In this document: in pieces, positions 58,742 through 64,000 of the stretch
Numbering within the stretch: the first letter of the stretch is position 1
How the letters are laid out: each line of letters begins with the position of its first letter
NCBI RefSeq assembly: GCF_036321535.1
Contig: NC_087438.1
Location: 7,132,001-7,196,000 of the forward strand
DNA length: 64,000 bases
DNA from: Camelus dromedarius
Lineage: Eukaryota
Direction of reading: 5' to 3'
Translations under genes and position numbers: made by a program
The notes under the pieces: model-generated
What the model was told of the DNA's origin: nothing
What the model saw: only the letters and a program-made list of their open reading frames with translations
Database searches by the model: none

Positions 58742-61669
58742 CTGGTTCGCAAAAGATTTCATGATGATGTGATTTTAACCCTCTAGCGATATTTTCCATC
58801 CGCTGCATCTTCTCTGAATGCTCATCAATTTTTCACTTATAATTTTATAACTAACAGTCCCTACCTTTGGCAAAGGAGAGAATTCAGAGCGACAGAAAAG
58901 TGATACAACATCAAGTATTTGAAATTGTATTAATATATTTGTCTATTAGTCAGTCTGTCCTTCAATCTATTCAAATACACAATATTCAATGTATTCAATA
59001 CACATTTCAATGTGTTCAAATATAAGTTGTTTGAAATTTATATTAATATAATGTATTGGTTAGGAATAACAAGAGTTATTTCCAAACGACTGCTTTTGAA
59101 CCAGTTTCTTTCTGTTTTTCCCTTATCAATTGTGCTGGATTTAACAAAGCCATGCCTTTAAGGCTAGAGCCCTTATGATAACTGGTGGGTTACACTGGGG
59201 GGCGGTGGGGGACAGGGAGGCAGGGCCAACTTCTAAGCCCAGTAACCAGCCACACCAGGAGCACTTTGGGGTTACAATCCCCCTTAAAGTCCCCAGTGAA
59301 ACTCACCTTTAAAACTTTAATGTTGAAAAATATTTGGAGCAAAAAATGAACCCTTTGGGCTGTTTTCCCCAAACTATTAGTCATCTAATTCAACGTAGAG
59401 ACGAAAAGAGGAAAGATGCCAACTTACCTGCTCAAGAGGAATCACAGCATCATTTTCAGCAAAAATGAACAACGTGGGGTTCTTTAAACTGTGCACATCC
59501 TCAGAGTCTTTGACGATGCCTGGGGAACCAGAAAGGGACACAAGGATCTGAGTTTGATTTTTCAAATGACAACATGTGCTTTGGGGGTTTTGTTAGTTTT
59601 CTTTTTAGCAATTTCACACAAGTGCCCTGACCTTATAAAACTGGGCTCAAAGAGGAAGTTATTTACTCAGATCATCCTCCTCTCCCCCTCACTCACTAGG
59701 AATCAGGCCATTAAATGATGGCTTTAGACTTTGCTGGCTGCTTGTCAGGTAAAGATGCATGTTCCCTCTGGACACATGCCTTTGCTTACCAAGAGGTGGT
59801 AACTTTCAGATCTGGACCAGTGCTGTTCTGGAAGTTTCTCACGGTCTACTCAAGCCCCACAGGTTCTGTGCCAAGGGTTTTCAGGCAAAGGGTGGAGCCG
59901 CCATGTGACGGGTTGTTTGTGCTCAGATGAGACCACTCGTGTGAAGTCCCTGGGCACAGCCCCTGGTCCTAGCTAGTCACTCATAACACTCAGCTTTCAT
60001 CCTTCTAAAATGCCTTCAGAATTTTAGAGAGCATTTAATCAAGTGTGTTCAGCCTTGGGGATTCGGACAACTGTGGGTGTGCCCAGTCCTATTGGAAAAT
60101 AAGTAAAAGTTTTTTGAAATCTGTTGTCATTTTGAGATAAGAGGAGTGTTAAAGGAAAGCGTATTCTGGCACTTGTTAAAGATAGTGAGGGAGACTTTAT
60201 TCAAGGGGACTACTGAAGGGGACTCAACCCCAAATCAAAGGCCAAGGAGCAGGGTGAAGGCCAGTGGATGGAAAATCACTAAAAGGAATCATCAAGGTAC
60301 TGGGGATTCTAGCCAGATGACTTGACAGGGCTCTTGCTGAAGGCAGGGGGGGAGACAAGCCATCGAGGGTGGGGCGTGAGGGATCTGATCACATATCAGG
60401 GGAGGGGGGTTCTCGCTAAACTGACCCAGTGGCCTAAGGACACAGCCCACGGTTGGGGCCCACTCAGAAAAAAGGCTCACAGAAGAGTCTGGCTCAAGGG
60501 TGATCATAGAGTCCTTGTCAGTAGGTAGGAGAAAAAAAGGTATTCCATTTCCTGTTGGCAGTAAAGCAAAGCTAGGTAACCCAGGGAGCCTCCCCTTACC
60601 TGTAACGCCACTCTAGAAGGCAGGGAGCCACAGGAAAGGTGGCGACGCTCCCTGCCCTATTCTGTTGTGGCCACATAAGCGGCTGGACAGCGGTTTCACG
60701 CCCCAGGGCTCCGAGTCTCACCGCCCAGAGCTGCAGCCTGCACTGCACAGCGGCGGCCACCAGGGGGCGTGCGCGAGGCGTCCACTCCGGAGCGCCTTCT
60801 GCTCATTCACACAAAGGCGCTAAGCAGGCGGCCAATAATGGGTCGGCCCCATTGCACACAGTGGCAGCTGGCAGCTTGTTTTCTTTGTGTAAGTAAATAT
60901 TTAAAGTTTTCTTTTTTAATGCTAAAAGTAAGTGAGGAACCATTAATTCAAATAAGAATTATTAGTACAATTGTGGAATATAAAATTATGAAAGAAAGCC
61001 AAGGTCAAATGCTTCCATATCATTAAGTAACCCGTTCCAATACGCAGACACAATGTTCTTACGTCATTGCTATGACACCTTTGGTTTGTTCGGCTGAAAT
61101 GTTCATGTTGCTATTTACACTTTAGAGTGGGTCTTTCCTTCCCCACTTTATATTGTGTGCACGCGCATGTGCACGCATGAGCAGTTAAGAATAATTTATA
61201 TTTTGGAAAAATCTTTTCATAGCTGTTGCTCATTAAAATATTGCTTGGTATTAACCATTATCAAGGAAAGAAATGTTACCCCCTTCATCCTGGGTGAAGA
61301 AATTGAGACCTCGGGTTAGGGGACCCAGGTTCCCTCTGGTTAGGATGTTACACACCTCCACCTCTACCTTCAGATTTTTAAAACCATTTCCTTAAGAGGG
61401 GCCATCTCTGCAAGTCTGAGTTTTGTGGCACACCTGGGACCTTTAGCTTTGGAAGAGGCTTCTGGCCACTGTCACTCTACCACTCCCCCAGCTTTCATTG
61501 TGGAAAAATGTACGAGGCAGCTTTACCGTAGACCGACACGCCTGCCCTGACTTCTGGGTATTTCATCATTATGTGATGGACAGCAACTCCACCCCAGCAG
61601 AATCCCAAGACGCCAACTTTCCTGGTGTGACACTGCTGTTTCAGATACTTTAAGACAGCATCAACCTCT
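58562..61669 (-). CDS. CMBL: Carboxymethylenebutenolidase homolog, 3' part (last three coding exons 61527-61669, 59428-59519, 58562-58741); the 5' exons lie beyond the window end
   Basis: Dienelactone-hydrolase family catalytic triad motifs: nucleophile elbow GFCWGG (Cys), FAENDAVIP (Asp) and QTHGFVHR (His). Junctions are GT-AG and in phase, and the position next to CCT5 is syntenic. Confidence 0.97.
59428..59519 (-). CDS. CMBL: CMBL penultimate coding exon (92 nt)
   Basis: ttccccag|[32 protein letters not shown]; donor CAG|gtaagt. Confidence 0.96.
60147..60520 (-). mobile_element. Solo ERV-type LTR in CMBL intron
   Basis: tgttaaagg...ccttgtca termini, minus-strand AATAAA (actttattc), flanks ggag/gtag. 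Confidence 0.7.
60743..60772 (+). promoter_or_regulatory. CTCF-like binding motif in CMBL intron
   Basis: GGCCACCAGGGGGCG at 60755-60769 matches the CTCF core consensus, with CTGCA just upstream, inside a local CpG-rich patch. Confidence 0.7.
61527..61669 (-). CDS. CMBL: CMBL third-last coding exon (143 nt)
   Basis: ctgttctag|[54 protein letters not shown]; donor TACG|gtaaag. Confidence 0.96.
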
Positions 61670-62739
61670 CTAGAACAGAAAGAAAAGTTATTCAAGAAAT
61701 CAAGAGATAAGTTTTGTGGCCCCTTAAAAGAGCACTGGGCAGCAAGTGCCAATGGTAACGGGGCTTTCTCAACAGCGTTCCTGGAGATTCTGAGATTCCT
61801 GCTTTCAGAGCTCCATCCGCACCACCTCCTGCGCAATGACGAGTGATGAGTGACAGACCTCCCCGGCAGGTCTCTGCCAAGCTCAGCCTCCTCCAGCCCA
61901 GGGCTGCAGCAGGTTTTTTCTAAAACACAGATCTGACCAGCTTGAGCAACAGCCTTCCACGGCCTCAGGATAAAGACCAAAGGCCACAGCATGACTAGGA
62001 CCTGATCCCGAGATCTGCCCCAGCGAGTGCCCCTGGCCTCCACTCTCTCCTCTCGACAGGCCGCAACAAGCTCCCCAACTCCGCCTGACTTGGCATTCCC
62101 TCTGCCTCACACCCTAACTCTGCATTGCTTAGCCCCTCCGTGTCCAAAAGGCAAAGCAGTATTTGGAAAGCCTCGAGGATGACGCCAGCCACGAGGGGAC
62201 TGAGAGCAGTGGCCCTTGTTCTGCAAATGGTTCATCTGCAAATTGGTTGTTTGGAACTCAGAAAGCTTTTTCAACTGGGAGCAAGATGCCAAAGTGGAGG
62301 TGGGGCTCCAAGCCCAGCTCAGAAGGTTCTTGTTTGATCTGATAAGGAAGAAACGCTGCCTGTTTGCAATTATTAAAAAAAAAAGAGAGAGAGAGAGAGA
62401 GAAATTCTATTGCACTTTCTTTTCCTTTTAATAATAAGATGTTTTTGAACACATTTAAACATATGTGTCAGACCATTCTGTGTGCAAGTAGTTATTTCAC
62501 AATGTTAGAAGAGCAGTAATTAAGTCATTCTGCAAAATAAAGTGGAATAAGCAGTAGTTTGGGTCATTTGGACTTTCCAATTTTTCTTGAATGCTTTGAT
62601 CTCAAGAATAACTGCCTTAATTGCAGAGGACCAACAGGAAGAGGGCATTTCTATAAAAATTCTTTAATTGACTCAAGTGAACTTATCTTCACTTTTCTGG
62701 CTGGGTATGTTCCCTGCTTTCCTGGGAACGCTAGGGATG

Positions 62740-63195
62740 AGCTTCGGATGAACCTCCCTTCCCCATGCTGGGTTCATATACTTTGGGGGGCTCAATTCCA
62801 GGAGTGGAGTATGTGGCTCAGGCCTGGCCAATCAGAGCCTAGTAATCTCTGACCACAATGATTGGTTCAAGGATGGATTTGTGACCCAGTCATAACCATC
62901 AGGGCCAAATGAGAATTTTGCTGGGTTGCAGGGAAAAGAGCCAATGGGAGGCTGGAGCTGCTGCAGCCATCTTGCCTCCCAGAGGCAAACGCTGCCTGAG
63001 AACGGAGCCAGCATCAGATAAGGGAGCTGAGAGATGTTGGAAGGTTAAATCTTGGGGATACCTTCTGAGCCATAGACCAACCTCTGCTTGAAGCCAGAAA
63101 CTACCTCTTTTCAGTTCTATAAACCAACAAATCCATGACTGCTTAAGCAGTAAACGTTCTAGATAGGTCTTCTTTCAAACAAAAGACACTTGACC
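62740..63195 (+). mobile_element. Old MaLR LTR (MLT1J/K/L-like)
   Basis: caggcctggccaatcagag...gattggttcaaggatgg...gctgcagccatcttgcc. Confidence 0.65.
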
Positions 63196-64000
63196 AGGCG
63201 CAAGGATTTCAGTCTACTTTCCAAGTTAGTATTTCCATTTTATGTCTCATTCTGATTTAAAATGTGTGGCTCTCCCCCTGTGGAGGGGGCCCCTGGACTG
63301 CACTGATGCCTGAAACGATCACCCTGACTTGTGCTCACATGGCTTTTCTTCTGAATGTCCTAACTATTGTCCCCACCCCAGTCCTACACAAGAGCTGGAT
63401 TTTGTATTCACATCACAGTCTCTCTGGTTCTCTCGTGTTTCTACTTCTAATTTACTCCTAACATCTTGTTTCATTTGGTTTTTCTTGGGCTTGCAGGTTG
63501 AGTCCCTGGGAGGGGGCCCTGGACATGGACAAACGTGCAGGAGGTTGGGGCCCCAGTAATCTCAGGGTCAACCCTGGGGAAGAGGAGGGAGGAGGCAGGA
63601 TGCAGAGAGAGCCTGGGCTGTGGTGCCATCCCACACAAGTCCCAAGCAGCTCCTGGGGGAGCTCAGAGCTGGGGTGGCCCTTGAGGGTGCCCTGACTTGG
63701 GGTGAAGGAGCCAGGCCTTCCTACCCCTGCAGTGAGACTCCGCAGGATGGGACAAACTTAAGACAAGGTGCTTCACGTCCTAGCAGTGATCCCAAAGTCA
63801 GCCACTGGCCCTGGTCTCCGGCGGCGAGACCCTAAGGTTACTCACAGTCCAGGGTACTTGACAAGCTGCGAGCTCCCAGGGTGGCTCGTAGCATCTCCCA
63901 GACTGACGGACCACACGGAGACCAGAGGGAGACCCTGGCCTGAGCCACGAAGCACTGCTGCTCCACACAGGCCCCTGGAGAGAGGGTGGCCAGGACACGG

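Noticed and set aside
61495..62043. 182-aa ORF as one large CMBL exon
   Set aside because: Only 61527-61669 is CMBL-like and bounded by splice sites; the upstream part is intronic, L2-like sequence.

Overview
Mammalian (eutherian) genomic DNA, most likely camelid: six copies of a short tRNA-derived SINE look like the camelid Vic-1 family. The window holds the conserved ATPSCKMT(FAM173B)-CCT5-CMBL block. ATPSCKMT is complete on the minus strand (5 coding exons, 240 aa). CCT5 is complete on the plus strand (11 coding exons, 541 aa) and is head-to-head with ATPSCKMT across a CpG-island promoter, with ATGs about 430 bp apart. The last three coding exons of CMBL lie on the minus strand, convergent with CCT5. 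All exon boundaries were read as GT-AG with consistent phases. The left ~25 kb has no recognisable gene and consists of L1, L2, CR1, LTR and SINE relics plus unique AT-rich blocks with a few exon-like segments. I found no convincing novel multi-gene system. The best oddities are a solo LTR flanked by a ~40-bp direct duplication next to the bidirectional promoter, a solo LTR with inverted rather than direct flanks, a stop-free in-frame 75-nt CCT5 intron, a strong CTCF-like site in CMBL intron 4, and a possible decayed gene or lncRNA downstream of ATPSCKMT. Repeat family names and boundaries come from recognition by eye and are approximate.
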